64,000 nt of DNA from Clostridia bacterium. GTDB lineage: Bacteria > Bacillota > Clostridia > Oscillospirales > CAG-382. Where the stretch lies: positions 817-64,816 of the forward strand of contig JAFQKR010000001.1 in the NCBI GenBank assembly GCA_017396825.1. Reading direction: 5' to 3'. Both the position numbers and the translations under genes were made by a program. Below the pieces are notes generated by a model that was not told where the DNA came from, did not search any database, and worked only from the letters and a program-made list of their open reading frames with translations. Shown piece by piece: positions 31,101 to 41,879 of this stretch. The stretch's first letter is position 1; each line of letters starts with the position of its first letter.

Positions 31101-31742
31101 AATTCTCTTAAGGGGCAGATAAGGGCTATGGGCAGTATCAACGTAAACGCCGTGGAGGAGTTTAAGGAAACTAAGGAAAGGTATGACTTTTTAAGTTCTC
31201 AAGTGGCTGATCTTAACGAGTCCAGGAAGAGCCTTGACAACGCTATTGCAAAGCTTGAGGCTAATATGAAGACTGCCTTTACCGATACATTTGCCCAGAT
31301 AAACACCGCCTTCGGCGAAGTGTTCGGTGAGCTTTTCGGAGGCGGTACGGCAAAGTGTATACTTGAAGACGAGGCAAATCCTCTTACCTGCGGTATCGAT
31401 ATCGTAATAAGACCTCCCGGAAAGAGTGTAAAGAATATAAACCTGCTTTCCGGTGGTGAACAAAGTTTTGCCGCAGTGGCGCTTTACCTGGCGCTTCAAA
31501 GGATAAACCCTGCTCCCTTCTGCATATTCGACGAAATAGAGTCTGCTCTGGACGATGTAAACGTAACCCGTCTTGCCAACTATCTCAAGAGCAACGTTGA
31601 TGCTACGCAGTTCATAATGATAACCCACAGGCGCGGCACTATGGAAAAGGCAGACGTTATTTACGGTATAACCATGAAGGAAAAGGGCGTTTCAGACTAT
31701 ATCAAATTAGACATAAGGGCTTTGGAGCAAAACATAACATAA
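28173..31742 (+). CDS. smc: Chromosome segregation protein SMC
   Basis: GFKSF, GPNGSGKSN, hinge GRASFLP, LSGGE, DEIESALD. Confidence 0.98.
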   Translation: MKLKGLEMQGFKSFPDKTLIYFDNGITAVVGPNGSGKSNISDAVRWVLGEMSLKSLRGSRMEDVIFAGSDKRTAANCAIVSLYLDKDDGSGEETIVTRKYYRSGESEYYLDKKQVRLKDVYEAFYDTGIGREGYSVIGQGKIAEVLSQKGDERRSIFEEAAGISKFRYKKQESERKLAATEDNLLRVQDIMGEVGSRLAPLEKEAENAKKYLALSEEKKGLEISLWLDKIDSIRAELSQSDKLLAGAAESLSAAEDKIKELESRSDDLYLNSNEMSKDISLAEREISGIGLKISEAEGKKALKSNDINHFESLISESKAEIANTESEKKRLEESIEAADEDIATAETAVANAKAEFETKGREYAELRNVYDSKTVERSELQSSYTAALEKRSALSVEHAALKVNLENVRHNAETSAEEIYGFESRIASLAEKLDKIRAELEKANGALAEAEEKHKSKAEALATEEKQLENKKAAGVEISLAIASYKQQKENLLRMEALLEGYSDSVKNVIGAAKDGKILCKSKTAVLHGTVSSVISTDEKYVVALETALGAAVQHVIVDDEEDAKACIRYLKETGGGRASFLPISTVRGPRANDNAIKDCGGYIGIGCDLCKYDVKYKDIFTKLLGETVVASDIDSAAVIAKRCGYRLRVVTLDGQVIHQGGSFTGGSAAKRVGILTRSIDIERLTGIIAKREEDLARNTESQKKIQMRIDSLRADWDNTEMAVTITKSKRDSLTNAASMEKVRLEDEQRRYNQFVDTNGNIAKQLAELTVKSEEAETRLKVAEEEAEKLSSALALAVRSAENAEKASSSAYEELSKSRLAVVEKENALARTKEKRLSITERCKNMEARKRECELSVQNALMQIEQRRKEIEALNAEEAEYDKEKAVIGERIAKLIAGKEENDKQSIELRQAIREANSAKEDAFRHHTALQSRGTTLAAEYEEYSNKLWEEYELTYSTALQFRLPEENMKKASTRLNSLKGQIRAMGSINVNAVEEFKETKERYDFLSSQVADLNESRKSLDNAIAKLEANMKTAFTDTFAQINTAFGEVFGELFGGGTAKCILEDEANPLTCGIDIVIRPPGKSVKNINLLSGGEQSFAAVALYLALQRINPAPFCIFDEIESALDDVNVTRLANYLKSNVDATQFIMITHRRGTMEKADVIYGITMKEKGVSDYIKLDIRALEQNIT

Positions 31743-31752
31743 GGAGTAAAAT

Positions 31753-32685
31753 ATGGGTTTTTTTGATAAATTAAAAAACGGTCTTAAAAAAACCAAGGAT
31801 GCTTTGGTGGGGAAGATAGACAACCTGTTTTCTTCCACTGAAAAGATCGACGATGACTTTTACGATGAGCTTATGGACGTTCTCATTACATCCGACGTGG
31901 GTGTTCCCACTGCGGATTTCGTTACCGAAACCTTGAAGGCGGAGATAAAGTCCAATAAGATAAAAACAACAACCGAGGCAAGGGAACTGCTTATAAGGAT
32001 ATTGTCCGATATCGTAGGAAACGGCGGCGAGCTTAATATTTCCACCGGCCCTTCTGTTGTTCTTGTTATCGGCGTAAACGGCGTCGGTAAAACTACGTCT
32101 ATCGGCAAAATCGCTCTCGACCTCAAGAGAAGGGGCAAAAAGGTTATGTTGGCCGCCGCCGATACCTTCCGAGCCGCTGCTATAGAGCAGCTTGAAGTTT
32201 GGGCACAGAGAGACGGCGTTCCGATAATTAAGCAGAACGAGGGCGCTGATCCTGCAGCAGTGGTGTTTGACGCTATAAACGCTGCTAAGAGACAGCAATG
32301 TGATGTTTTGATCGTTGATACAGCGGGCAGACTCCACAACAAGAAGAATCTTATAGACGAGCTTGCAAAGATAAACAGAGTCATCGACAGAGAACTTTCC
32401 GGCTGTTCAAAGGAAACTCTCTTGGTTCTTGATGCTGTAACGGGTCAGAACGCTTTGGTTCAAGCTAAGGAGTTTTCTAAGATAACCGACATTACGGGTA
32501 TAGTTCTTACTAAGCTTGACGGCACGGCAAAGGGCGGTATAGTCCTTGCTATTAAGCGTGAGCTTGATATTCCTGTAAAGTATATAGGTGTAGGTGAGGG
32601 TGCTGAGGACCTACAGCCCTTCAGTGGCGAAGACTTTGTAAAGGCGATGTTTGATAATGAAAACGATAGTACTGGCAACCAATAA
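31753..32685 (+). CDS. ftsY: SRP receptor FtsY
   Basis: GVNGVGKTT, DTFRAAA, DTAGR, TKLDGTAKGG. Confidence 0.98.
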   Translation: MGFFDKLKNGLKKTKDALVGKIDNLFSSTEKIDDDFYDELMDVLITSDVGVPTADFVTETLKAEIKSNKIKTTTEARELLIRILSDIVGNGGELNISTGPSVVLVIGVNGVGKTTSIGKIALDLKRRGKKVMLAAADTFRAAAIEQLEVWAQRDGVPIIKQNEGADPAAVVFDAINAAKRQQCDVLIVDTAGRLHNKKNLIDELAKINRVIDRELSGCSKETLLVLDAVTGQNALVQAKEFSKITDITGIVLTKLDGTAKGGIVLAIKRELDIPVKYIGVGEGAEDLQPFSGEDFVKAMFDNENDSTGNQ

Positions 32686-33286
32686 CGCCTCCAAGGTAAA
32701 GGAGCTTAACGCCATACTTGCCACCAATGGCAACAGTGGTTTTAAAGTGCTAAGCCTTAAGGATTGCGGTTTTAATAGCGACATAGAAGAAAACGCCGAC
32801 ACCTTTGAGGGCAACGCATACATTAAGGCGAGAACGGTTGCCGAATTTACAGGGCTTGCTGTTGTTGCCGATGACAGCGGTCTGGAGGTGGACGCTTTGA
32901 ACGGCGCCCCCGGCGTATTTTCCGCAAGGTACGCAGGAGAGGGTGCAACCTCCGGGCAGCTTATAGAAAAGCTTCTCACAGAAATGAAGGGCGTGTCTAT
33001 GGAGGAAAGAACGGCGCGGTTTACTACGGTTATGTGTGCAGTATTACCCACGGGCAAGGTCTTAACGGCACGTGGAGAATGTCACGGAATTATAACCGAG
33101 ACTCCTATGGGAGATGGCGGCTTCGGCTACGACCCCGTGTTTTATTACCCTCCGGCAAACAAAACTTTTGCTGAGCTTACGGCAGAAGAAAAAAACGGCA
33201 TAAGTCATAGGGCTATTGCCGTAAAGAAACTCATAAATACTCTCGGCTCCTTAGAGGATGCCGATTTTGAACCAAAAATGCAGTAA
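32657..33286 (+). CDS. rdgB: Non-canonical purine NTP pyrophosphatase (RdgB/HAM1)
   Basis: LATNN..K, ADDSGL, APGVFSARY, GFGYDP, SHR. Confidence 0.95.
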   Translation: MKTIVLATNNASKVKELNAILATNGNSGFKVLSLKDCGFNSDIEENADTFEGNAYIKARTVAEFTGLAVVADDSGLEVDALNGAPGVFSARYAGEGATSGQLIEKLLTEMKGVSMEERTARFTTVMCAVLPTGKVLTARGECHGIITETPMGDGGFGYDPVFYYPPANKTFAELTAEEKNGISHRAIAVKKLINTLGSLEDADFEPKMQ

Positions 33287-33327
33287 ACGTTTAGATATCA
33301 GTCGCCGTACGGAAGGGGGACTTGTAA

Positions 33328-34191
33328 ATGGCAGAGCTAAAAGCGCTGTGGAGCAGGTTTGTGGATATGTTTAAATCGGTTGAGTTTTCACCGATAAACG
33401 ATACTATAGACATTTTGCTTGTAACTGTAATAATATATTTCATATTCAAGTTTTTAAGGGACAGGCGTGCCGGCAAGCTTGCGGCGGGCGTTGTGCTTTT
33501 TCTCGTTTTGCTTGTGATAAGTGATATGTTCGAGATGCGCGCTTTAAACTTTTTGCTTCAGTCTGTAACGCAGGCGGGTCTTGTTGCTTTGCTTATAGTT
33601 TTCCAACCTGAGCTTAGAAGTGCTTTGGAAAAAATGGGTACCGGCTCTATAAAGAACATTAAAGCCATGTTTACCACAACCGATATGAAAAAGTACATGG
33701 GCGGTATTACCGAGGTATGCAAGGCGGCAGAAAGCCTTTCTGCTACAAAAACAGGCGCACTTATAGTTTTTGAGCGTGAAACAAAGATGGGCGATATCGT
33801 AAAAAGCGGTACTGTTATAGATGCTGAGATCAATTCCATGATGATAGGCAACATCTTTTTCAATAAGGCGCCTATGCACGACGGTGCTTTGATAGTACGC
33901 GAAAATAGGCTGTATGCGGCAGGCTGCTTCCTTCCTCTTTCCCAAAATCCCGACATAATGAAAGAACTTGGAACACGTCATCGCGCCGCTATTGGTGTTA
34001 CCGAGGTAAGCGATGCCGTGGTTGTAGTGGTTTCCGAAGAGACGGGTGTTATTTCCGTTGCGGTTGACGGTAAGCTTAAGCGCGGTTTTTCCGCCGCTAC
34101 TCTTGAAAGCTTGCTGATAGAGTATCTGTTTACCGAAGACAAGGGCCAAAAAATGGCAAACAAGGAGGATAACGATGGCAAAAAAGAATAA
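33328..34191 (+). CDS. cdaA: Diadenylate cyclase CdaA/DacA
   Basis: 3 TM helices, FQPELR, HDGA, GTRHRAA. Confidence 0.96.
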   Translation: MAELKALWSRFVDMFKSVEFSPINDTIDILLVTVIIYFIFKFLRDRRAGKLAAGVVLFLVLLVISDMFEMRALNFLLQSVTQAGLVALLIVFQPELRSALEKMGTGSIKNIKAMFTTTDMKKYMGGITEVCKAAESLSATKTGALIVFERETKMGDIVKSGTVIDAEINSMMIGNIFFNKAPMHDGALIVRENRLYAAGCFLPLSQNPDIMKELGTRHRAAIGVTEVSDAVVVVVSEETGVISVAVDGKLKRGFSAATLESLLIEYLFTEDKGQKMANKEDNDGKKE

Positions 34192-35572
34192 TCCTCAAAA
34201 TAAATTGGAATTTAAGAACAGTGACAACAAATCAAAGTTTAAAAACTTTTGGTCTGAAATAGGCTGGAGCGGTGTAGGATATCTAGCCGTTGCACTTGCC
34301 TGCGCCTTAACTCTTTGGTTTTACGTAGCGGATTATGACACCGTTGTTGAAAAGACCTTTTATAATATTCCCGTTGAGCTCTTGCCTCCTACGAAAGAGG
34401 ATATCGTTGTGGAATCCGGCGAGGGAAAACTTGTGAACGTAACTGTTTACGGCAGAAAAGCAGATGTTAACGAGATAAAGCCTGAAGACATCAACGCCTA
34501 CGTTGACGTAAGAAACGCTCCCGGTGACGGTGAAATTAACGCAGAAATAACGGTTGAACTTCCCGATGGTATAAACCTTGTGGAAAAAAACGCTTTGTCG
34601 GTTACCCACGTTGTAGTGGGGCTTGCAATACCAACCGTTAAGGAATTGCCCATAAACGTTCAGATAGTTTCCGGTAGCTGGGATGATATGTACGAGCCCG
34701 TTCCCGAATGTATCACCTGCAGTAAGGTGGATATTATAGGTTCTTCTTCTGTAATTGAGCGTGTTGAAAGTGCAGTTGTAAACGTAGACGTTGGCGAGCT
34801 TGAGCACCCAAAGCTTATATTGGGTAAAAAAATAGAGCTTATAGATAAGAACGGGGAAAACATACCTTTGTCTTATATTAAGGTTGCCGATCCTAACGGA
34901 AACGAGCTATCCAACGGTAAGGTAGACGTATATGTGCAAATGTATATGGAAAAGGAACTTCCCGTTGTAGTTGAGTTTACTGGAGGCATATTCAGTGCTG
35001 ACGATGCAAGCATAAGCATGTTTCCGGAAACCGTAAAGGTTAGAGGCGGCATTGAAAAGATTAAAAAACTTGAAAACGTTGCAATTGAAATTGATGAGAC
35101 AAAGATAGAAGGCAATTACAGTGAAATTATAGAACTTCCTGATTACGGTGAAAACGTCCAGTATCTTACCGAAGATACCGGAGTTGAGGTGAATATTCAG
35201 TTGAAGGACGTACAATCTTACAAGCTTTCCGTGCTCTCTGAGGATATAAAGGCGTTTAACCTTCCCGAAGGTTTTACAGCCAACTTCTCCTATCCGGCAA
35301 ACGAAGACGGTAATGTTCCAAAGAATGCAGTTATCATGATACGGGGATATAGAGATTCCATAATCGATATTTACCGTGCTCCTATGGAAAAGGTAGAGGT
35401 TTCCGTTGATTTTTCTGATTTCGTTAATACCGAGAATGGAATTAAGGAAGGTGACACCTTCTACGGTATAGAAGCCACCATAACCTTTAAGGATATTGAC
35501 GGTGTATTTACCACCGATAAAATCGTTGTAAACGCTGAGATAGTTGCGGCACCTGAGGAACCTGCTAGTTAG
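34175..35572 (+). CDS. cdaR: CdaR/YbbR-like regulator
   Basis: Single TM (LWFYV) followed by beta-rich YbbR-like repeats; overlaps cdaA. Confidence 0.8.
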   Translation: MAKKNNPQNKLEFKNSDNKSKFKNFWSEIGWSGVGYLAVALACALTLWFYVADYDTVVEKTFYNIPVELLPPTKEDIVVESGEGKLVNVTVYGRKADVNEIKPEDINAYVDVRNAPGDGEINAEITVELPDGINLVEKNALSVTHVVVGLAIPTVKELPINVQIVSGSWDDMYEPVPECITCSKVDIIGSSSVIERVESAVVNVDVGELEHPKLILGKKIELIDKNGENIPLSYIKVADPNGNELSNGKVDVYVQMYMEKELPVVVEFTGGIFSADDASISMFPETVKVRGGIEKIKKLENVAIEIDETKIEGNYSEIIELPDYGENVQYLTEDTGVEVNIQLKDVQSYKLSVLSEDIKAFNLPEGFTANFSYPANEDGNVPKNAVIMIRGYRDSIIDIYRAPMEKVEVSVDFSDFVNTENGIKEGDTFYGIEATITFKDIDGVFTTDKIVVNAEIVAAPEEPAS

Positions 35573-35611
35573 TGAATAGATAAATAATTGACGATTGGAT
35601 GATATAAATAA

Positions 35612-37703
35612 GTGGAAAATAATTGGACGGTAAGAGAATATAACGAATGTGACGTAACGAATATAGTAGAGGCTACGGGGCTGTTGCCTCTCACCGCCCG
35701 TGTCTTGTGCGGCAGGGGATACAATACTCCGGAAAAGGTTCGTAACTTTTTATCCTTTAACGCTTCGTGCGACTATGATCCGTTCCTTATGAAGGATATG
35801 GATAAGGCTGTTGAGCGAATAAACAAGGCTATAGAGAACAAAGAAAGAGTGTGTATATACGGAGACTATGACGTAGATGGCGTAACCTCTACAACGGTTT
35901 TATATACCTATCTTTCCGAAAGAGGGGTCCCTTGCACGTATTTTATCCCCGGAAGATTAGAGGACGGCTACGGGCTTAATAAACGAGCCATTGAAAGCCT
36001 TAAGGAAACTGTTGATCTCATAATAACCGTTGATACGGGTATAACTGCTGTAGAGGAAACAGATTTTGCAAATTCTATTGGCATTGATATGGTTATTACT
36101 GATCACCATAGTTGTAGGGAGATATTGCCATCTGCTTGCGCTGTTGTTAATCCCCACAGAGAAGACTGTACTTATCCCTTTAAGCAACTTGCAGGGGTAG
36201 GAGTGGTGTATAAGTTGTTGTCTGCTTTGGATGGCGGAGCAGAGGGGATATTGAAGCGTTTCGGTGACATTATAGCCATTGGTACTATAGCAGACGTTAT
36301 GCCTATAATAGATGAGAATAGGTATATCACCTCTAACGGAATAGCAAACCTTCAGAAAACAAGCAACCTGGGGCTCAGAGCTCTTATGGAATGTTGCGGT
36401 ATGTTTGGGAAAGATGGCGATGCCAAGAAGATAAATTCTGCGGGCGTGGGGTTTGTTTTGGCGCCTCGTATTAATGCCGCAGGCCGTATTCGTAACGCAA
36501 AAAGTGCAGTGGAACTGTTACTTTCAAAGGATTATGCTACCGCTGTAAGGCTTGCTGAGGAACTTTGTGATATTAATAAAGAGCGTCAGGCTACCGAACT
36601 TGATATTTATGAGCAAGCGATTAAGCAGATTGACGGTATAAAGGATAACGGAGTTTACGTTCTCGGCTCGGACGGTTGGCATCAGGGCGTTATAGGTGTG
36701 GTTGCATCCAGAGTAACCGAGCGTTATTCCCGTCCGTCGATACTGTTCAGTTTCGACGGAGATGTGGGCAAGGGGAAGCGGCAGAAGCATAAAGGGCTTT
36801 TCTATGTTAGATGCCCTTAGTGCGTGCTCTGATATATTAACCGAATATGGCGGCCACGAGTTGGCTGCCGGCCTTACCATAAGGCGTGATATGTTGGAGG
36901 AGTTTTCCGAAAGGATAAACCGTTATGCTTCCGAAAAACTTTGCGGCGAGGAAGTAATCCAGCCTATCGAAGCAGACGCTACCGTTACAGCGGCGGATAT
37001 AAATTTAAGACAAGCGGAGGAGCTTTACGCCTTGGAGCCCTTTGGTCTCCAAAATTCGGTTCCGTTGTTTCTTTTGCGCGGTGCTGTTATAGTTGACGTT
37101 CATCCTCTTTCGGGAGGCAAGCATATAAAATTGCGTATACGCCACAGCAGCTCAGATAAGATCTTTAATGCAGTGTATTTTGGCATGCGTTACAGTGAGT
37201 TTCAGTTTCGCGTGGGAGACTCCTGTGATATCATGTTTACTTTGGAGGCAAATGAATATCGCGGTGTTTGCGAAGCAAAAATGTTTGTTAAGAAAATGCG
37301 GTACAGTGCTGATATAAAAGGCGAAGCTGAACTTCAGGCGGTGTATTACAATGCTGCAACCACTCATGGTAATAGGGACGATCTCCCTCTTTCTGCTGTT
37401 CCCAACTTGTTGCAGTTCAGAACCCTTTTCAGGGTTTTAAAACGCGAGTTGGGTGATGAAAAAAAACGCCTCTCTCTCAGTTATTTGCAAAGACAGGTTA
37501 GAGATAACGGCAGTGATGGTGATATTACCCTTTGTGCCATGCATATAATATTTGACGTTCTTTTAGAGTTTAAACTTGCCGAATGTAGTTTCATTTCGGG
37601 CGGTGACGTGGTGGAGGTTAAGCTTTTGCCTTTTACGGGGAAAGTAAATTTGGATAAGTCGTCACTGTTGATAAGAATCAAAGAAAACCACAGACTTTAT
37701 TAA
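35612..37703 (+). CDS. recJ: ssDNA exonuclease RecJ, split by a +1 frameshift near 36772-36777
   Basis: YGDYDVDG, ITDHH and PRINAAGR in ORF 35612-36820; GSGRS and GGHELAAG continue in ORF 36762-37703. Confidence 0.93.
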
Positions 37704-37723
37704 AGGTTAAGGGGGGCATCTGC

Positions 37724-39922
37724 TTGATTAACAATATACAAGAGCTTATGGACCTTATTAAGGACAAGAATTATATAAATGCAGAAAAGGTTATGCAGGC
37801 ATACGAGTTTGCGGCTGCTCTGCACGAGGGACAGAAGCGTAAATCGGGCGAGCCTTACATTGTTCATCCGCTTTCCGTAGCAGAGATAGTTCTTGAGTTG
37901 CAGCTTGATACGGATTCAGTGTGTGCGGCACTTCTCCACGACACGGTGGAGGATTGCTCCGACAAGATGGACAACATCCTTTTAAAGATAAAAAAACAGT
38001 TTGGCGCAGATGTTGCCGAGATAGTAGATGGCATTACTAAACTTATACACATAAACTTTGAGAACAAGGAGCAGGAAAATGTTGAAAACCTGCGTAAGAT
38101 GTTCCTTGCCATGTCAAAGGACCTTCGTGTTATATTCGTTAAGCTGGCGGATCGCTTACACAATATCCGTACGCTTAGTTTCAAAAGCGAGGAAAAGCAG
38201 CGCTCCATAGCCTTGGAGACGATGCACGTTTATGCGCCAATTGCCCATAGGCTTGGTATCCAAAAGATCAAGCACGAGCTTGAAAACCTTTCTCTTCAGT
38301 ATCTCGACCCTGTAGGCTACGATGAAGTTAAGCGCGATATTGAAAGACGTTATGGCGAGAATAAAGACTTCCTTGAGATGGCCCAGAGAATGGTTGAAGA
38401 AAACCTGAGGAGCTATAACATCAAATACCATTTGGTTGGCAGAGTGAAGTCAATATTCAGCATCTATAAAAAGATGTTTAATCAGGGGAAGACCTTTGAT
38501 GAGATATACGATTTTTACGCTATGCGTATAATAGTTGATTCTGAGCTGGACTGCTATGCGGCGCTTGGTACCATACATGAGCAATTCAAGAGCATCCCCA
38601 ACAGATTTAAGGACTATATTTCTAACCCCAAGCCTAACATGTACCGTTCTTTGCATACGACTGTTATGGGACACGAGGGTATTCCCTTTGAGGTACAGAT
38701 CAGAACGTGGGAGATGCACAACGTTGCGGAATACGGTCTCGCCGCTCATTGGAAATACAAAACAGGTGAGCAGGTTCAAAGTGATATAGACGATAAGTTG
38801 TACTGGATACGCACCCTTGTTGAAACAGAAAGAGGGCTTAATGATGCGGATGAGCTTATAGGCCCCCTCAAGATAGATCTTTTCGAGGACGAGATATTCG
38901 TGTTTACGCCTAAGGGTGACGTTGTGAATCTTCCTTGCAACAGTACTCCTATCGATTTTGCTTACGCCATACACTCGGCGGTAGGCAATAAGATGGTTGG
39001 CGCAAAGATCAACGGCAATATAGTTCCCATAGACTGCAAACTTCAAACGGGTCAGATAGTAGAGGTGCTTACGTCTTCTGCGTCCCGTGGGCCCAGCCGA
39101 GATTGGCTTAAGATAGTACGCACCAGTGAGGCGCGAAACAAGATACGTCAGTACTATAAAAAAGAGAGACGCACAGAGAATATATCCATAGGCGTTATGG
39201 AGGTTGAAAGGGAGCTTAAACGTTACGGCAGAAGCTTTACCGAGGCTCAAAAGACGGAGATAGTTACCAATATCGCAACTCGCCTTGGCCTTAACGACGC
39301 AGATGACCTTTACAATAATATTGGTTACGGCGGTCTTTCCATAACAAAAATAAGCATGAAGCTCAGGGATGAGTTCGACCGTGTAGTGAACCCGGACAGC
39401 ATCCAAAAGCCCGTTGTAACTGAGCTTCCTAAGCCTACAAAGCTGTATTCGGATTCTCAAAGCGTAATAATTGACGGCGTTGAGAATTGTGAGGTTAAAT
39501 ACGCTAAATGCTGCAACCCCATTCCCGGTGATACCATAATCGGCTTCATTACTAAGGGACATGGCGTTTCTATTCATAAATTCGAATGTCCCAACGCCGT
39601 AAGCGGCATGAACGACCCCGTGAATTCGGGCAGATGGATAGTTGCGGCTTGGAACGATAAGGCTGTATCTCCCGAAAAGCATACGGGTAACTACGATGCT
39701 ACAATTACTGTTTTTGCCGTTTTCAAGCAAAGTCTTTTGGCGGATATAACACTTGCGCTTACGGATATGAACGTGGCGGTAAGCTCCATCAGTATCCACC
39801 GCAAAGGTGATAATTGCTCTGTAGACGCATCTCTCAAGTGTAGCAACATTGAGCATTTGAGATCGATTATGGCAGGCCTTAAAAGGCTTAAAAACGTTAC
39901 AGATGTAGTAAGAGGTGGCTAA
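37724..39922 (+). CDS. relA: Bifunctional (p)ppGpp synthetase/hydrolase Rel
   Basis: HDTVED hydrolase motif, RFKDY, YRSLHTT, TGS DFAYAIHS, ACT-like C-terminus. Confidence 0.97.
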   Translation: MINNIQELMDLIKDKNYINAEKVMQAYEFAAALHEGQKRKSGEPYIVHPLSVAEIVLELQLDTDSVCAALLHDTVEDCSDKMDNILLKIKKQFGADVAEIVDGITKLIHINFENKEQENVENLRKMFLAMSKDLRVIFVKLADRLHNIRTLSFKSEEKQRSIALETMHVYAPIAHRLGIQKIKHELENLSLQYLDPVGYDEVKRDIERRYGENKDFLEMAQRMVEENLRSYNIKYHLVGRVKSIFSIYKKMFNQGKTFDEIYDFYAMRIIVDSELDCYAALGTIHEQFKSIPNRFKDYISNPKPNMYRSLHTTVMGHEGIPFEVQIRTWEMHNVAEYGLAAHWKYKTGEQVQSDIDDKLYWIRTLVETERGLNDADELIGPLKIDLFEDEIFVFTPKGDVVNLPCNSTPIDFAYAIHSAVGNKMVGAKINGNIVPIDCKLQTGQIVEVLTSSASRGPSRDWLKIVRTSEARNKIRQYYKKERRTENISIGVMEVERELKRYGRSFTEAQKTEIVTNIATRLGLNDADDLYNNIGYGGLSITKISMKLRDEFDRVVNPDSIQKPVVTELPKPTKLYSDSQSVIIDGVENCEVKYAKCCNPIPGDTIIGFITKGHGVSIHKFECPNAVSGMNDPVNSGRWIVAAWNDKAVSPEKHTGNYDATITVFAVFKQSLLADITLALTDMNVAVSSISIHRKGDNCSVDASLKCSNIEHLRSIMAGLKRLKNVTDVVRGG

Positions 39923-40368
39923 TGAGAGCAGTAATACAGCGCGTTAACGCGGCAAGCGTTTCAGTTGACGGTCGCCTTGTGTCCTCTGTAGGCAAGGGGC
40001 TCTTGGTCTTACTTGGCATTAATCGTGAGGATACGGAAGCCGAGGCTAAAAAACTTGCGGCCAAAATAGCGGGACTGCGCATATTCTGTGATGACAGAGA
40101 TAAGATGTTCTTTTCTGTTAAGGATGTAGGCGGTCAGATATTGCTTATATCAAATTTTACATTGTATGGCAGTGTTCGCCACGGCTACAGACCTGAGTTT
40201 ATACGATCTGCGGGTGCGGCTGCGGCAAGGCCTTTATATGATTTTATGCTTAAGGAGCTTGACAATTACGTTCCTACGAAGGGCGGCGTGTTTGGCGGGG
40301 ACATGAAGGTCTGCGCCGATAACGATGGCCCCGTTACCATAATAATTGATACGGATGAACTAAAGTAA
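39922..40368 (+). CDS. dtd: D-aminoacyl-tRNA deacylase
   Basis: MRAVIQRV, LRIF, SNFTL, NDGPVT. Confidence 0.95.
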   Translation: MRAVIQRVNAASVSVDGRLVSSVGKGLLVLLGINREDTEAEAKKLAAKIAGLRIFCDDRDKMFFSVKDVGGQILLISNFTLYGSVRHGYRPEFIRSAGAAAARPLYDFMLKELDNYVPTKGGVFGGDMKVCADNDGPVTIIIDTDELK

Positions 40369-41879
40369 TGGTATTAAATATTACAAACAACACATCATAT
40401 CTAAACGATTATCATTTTCAAACCCTTTGTATGCTTTATTATCCGGGTGAAAAATTCCCCCCCGGTCTCAAGGAAGCGGATAATAAAGCGGAGTTCTTTT
40501 TGGAAGAGCGTACCGTTGATGGGATACCTCACATATATTCCAAGGTTGTCTTGTACGCAGGCGCGAAAAGGCAAGATGCTGAATGTTGCCTTTCTGCCGG
40601 AAGTTTTTCATTTGAAGCAGATATGGCGTTTGCGGCTCAGGCCTCAGTTGGGTGCGCTTTTTTGGAGGCAGGGAAGGCCCTTTTTGGGTTCACGCCTCCG
40701 TGGGGATATTTAACGGGTCTTCGTCCTGTTAAAAGGGCAAGGTATTACCTTGACAAGGGCTTTGATAAGGAGGCAGTAAGGCGTCTCTTTGAGGAGGACC
40801 ATCGTGTTTCTCCCGAAAAAACAAGCCTCAGCCTTTCCATAGCAGAAACAGAAGCGAAAATGCTAAGGCCATATACAGCAAAGGACTGTTGCTTGTATAT
40901 AGCCATACCTTTTTGCCCTACGAGATGTGAGTATTGTTCTTTCGTTTCTTACAGTAACGATAAACTTTTTAAAACCATTCCCGATTATCTGGATAGGCTT
41001 GACGGGGACTTGGCACGTACAGCGAAGATAATAAAGCAAACGGGCTTTAATCTTAGGTCTATCTATATTGGTGGCGGCACTCCGTCCGTTCTTAACGAAA
41101 TCCAAATTGCTCGTATAATGGATAGGCTTCATTCTGATTTTGACCTTAGCGGCGTGAGAGAGTTTTCCTTTGAGTCCGGACGTCCCGATACTACTACTAA
41201 GGCAAAACTTGCCCTTGTTAAGAGTTACGGTGTGGATAGGGTAAGCATAAATCCGCAAACCACCGACGATGAGGTGCTTAAGCGTATTGGGCGTGCCCAT
41301 AGCGCAGCTCAGTTTTTTAAAGCTGCGGACGAGGCTATGTCTCTTGGCTTTAAATCTGTTAACGCCGACCTAATAGCAGGTCTTCCGGGTGATAACTTCG
41401 ATGGCTTCAATAAGAGCCTTGAGGATGTTATTTCCACCGGCTTTAATAACATTACAGTACATACCTTGTCTGTCAAGAACGCTGCCCCCATGCGCTTTGA
41501 CGAAAGCGGTATATACGATGCAGCAGGCGTTAATGCGAGAAAATGTGTTTCATACGCTTGTGAGAGACTTGCCGAGGCAGGGCTTTACCCCTATTATCTG
41601 TATAGGCAAAAGAACACCATAGGAAACGCCGAGAATGTTGGATACGCTGTTCCCGGAACGGAATGTGATTATAACGTCCTTATGATGGAGGAAACCAATA
41701 CGGTGTTCGCTTGCGGAGCTTCTGCCATAACTAAGCTTGTTGCGGCAGACGGCGGTAAAATAGACCGTATAGCATTCCCAAAATACCCCTTTGAATATCT
41801 CGCCGCACCAAAAGGTATAGGCGAGAGCCGAATTTTGGACTTTTTTAAGGAGGATAAGGATGGAGAGATATTACTCTGA
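40368..41879 (+). CDS. hemZ: HemZ-like radical SAM protein
   Basis: PWGYLTGLRP, CPTRCEYC, GGGTPS, PYYLYRQKN; conserved rel-dtd-hemZ context. Confidence 0.9.
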   Translation: MVLNITNNTSYLNDYHFQTLCMLYYPGEKFPPGLKEADNKAEFFLEERTVDGIPHIYSKVVLYAGAKRQDAECCLSAGSFSFEADMAFAAQASVGCAFLEAGKALFGFTPPWGYLTGLRPVKRARYYLDKGFDKEAVRRLFEEDHRVSPEKTSLSLSIAETEAKMLRPYTAKDCCLYIAIPFCPTRCEYCSFVSYSNDKLFKTIPDYLDRLDGDLARTAKIIKQTGFNLRSIYIGGGTPSVLNEIQIARIMDRLHSDFDLSGVREFSFESGRPDTTTKAKLALVKSYGVDRVSINPQTTDDEVLKRIGRAHSAAQFFKAADEAMSLGFKSVNADLIAGLPGDNFDGFNKSLEDVISTGFNNITVHTLSVKNAAPMRFDESGIYDAAGVNARKCVSYACERLAEAGLYPYYLYRQKNTIGNAENVGYAVPGTECDYNVLMMEETNTVFACGASAITKLVAADGGKIDRIAFPKYPFEYLAAPKGIGESRILDFFKEDKDGEILL

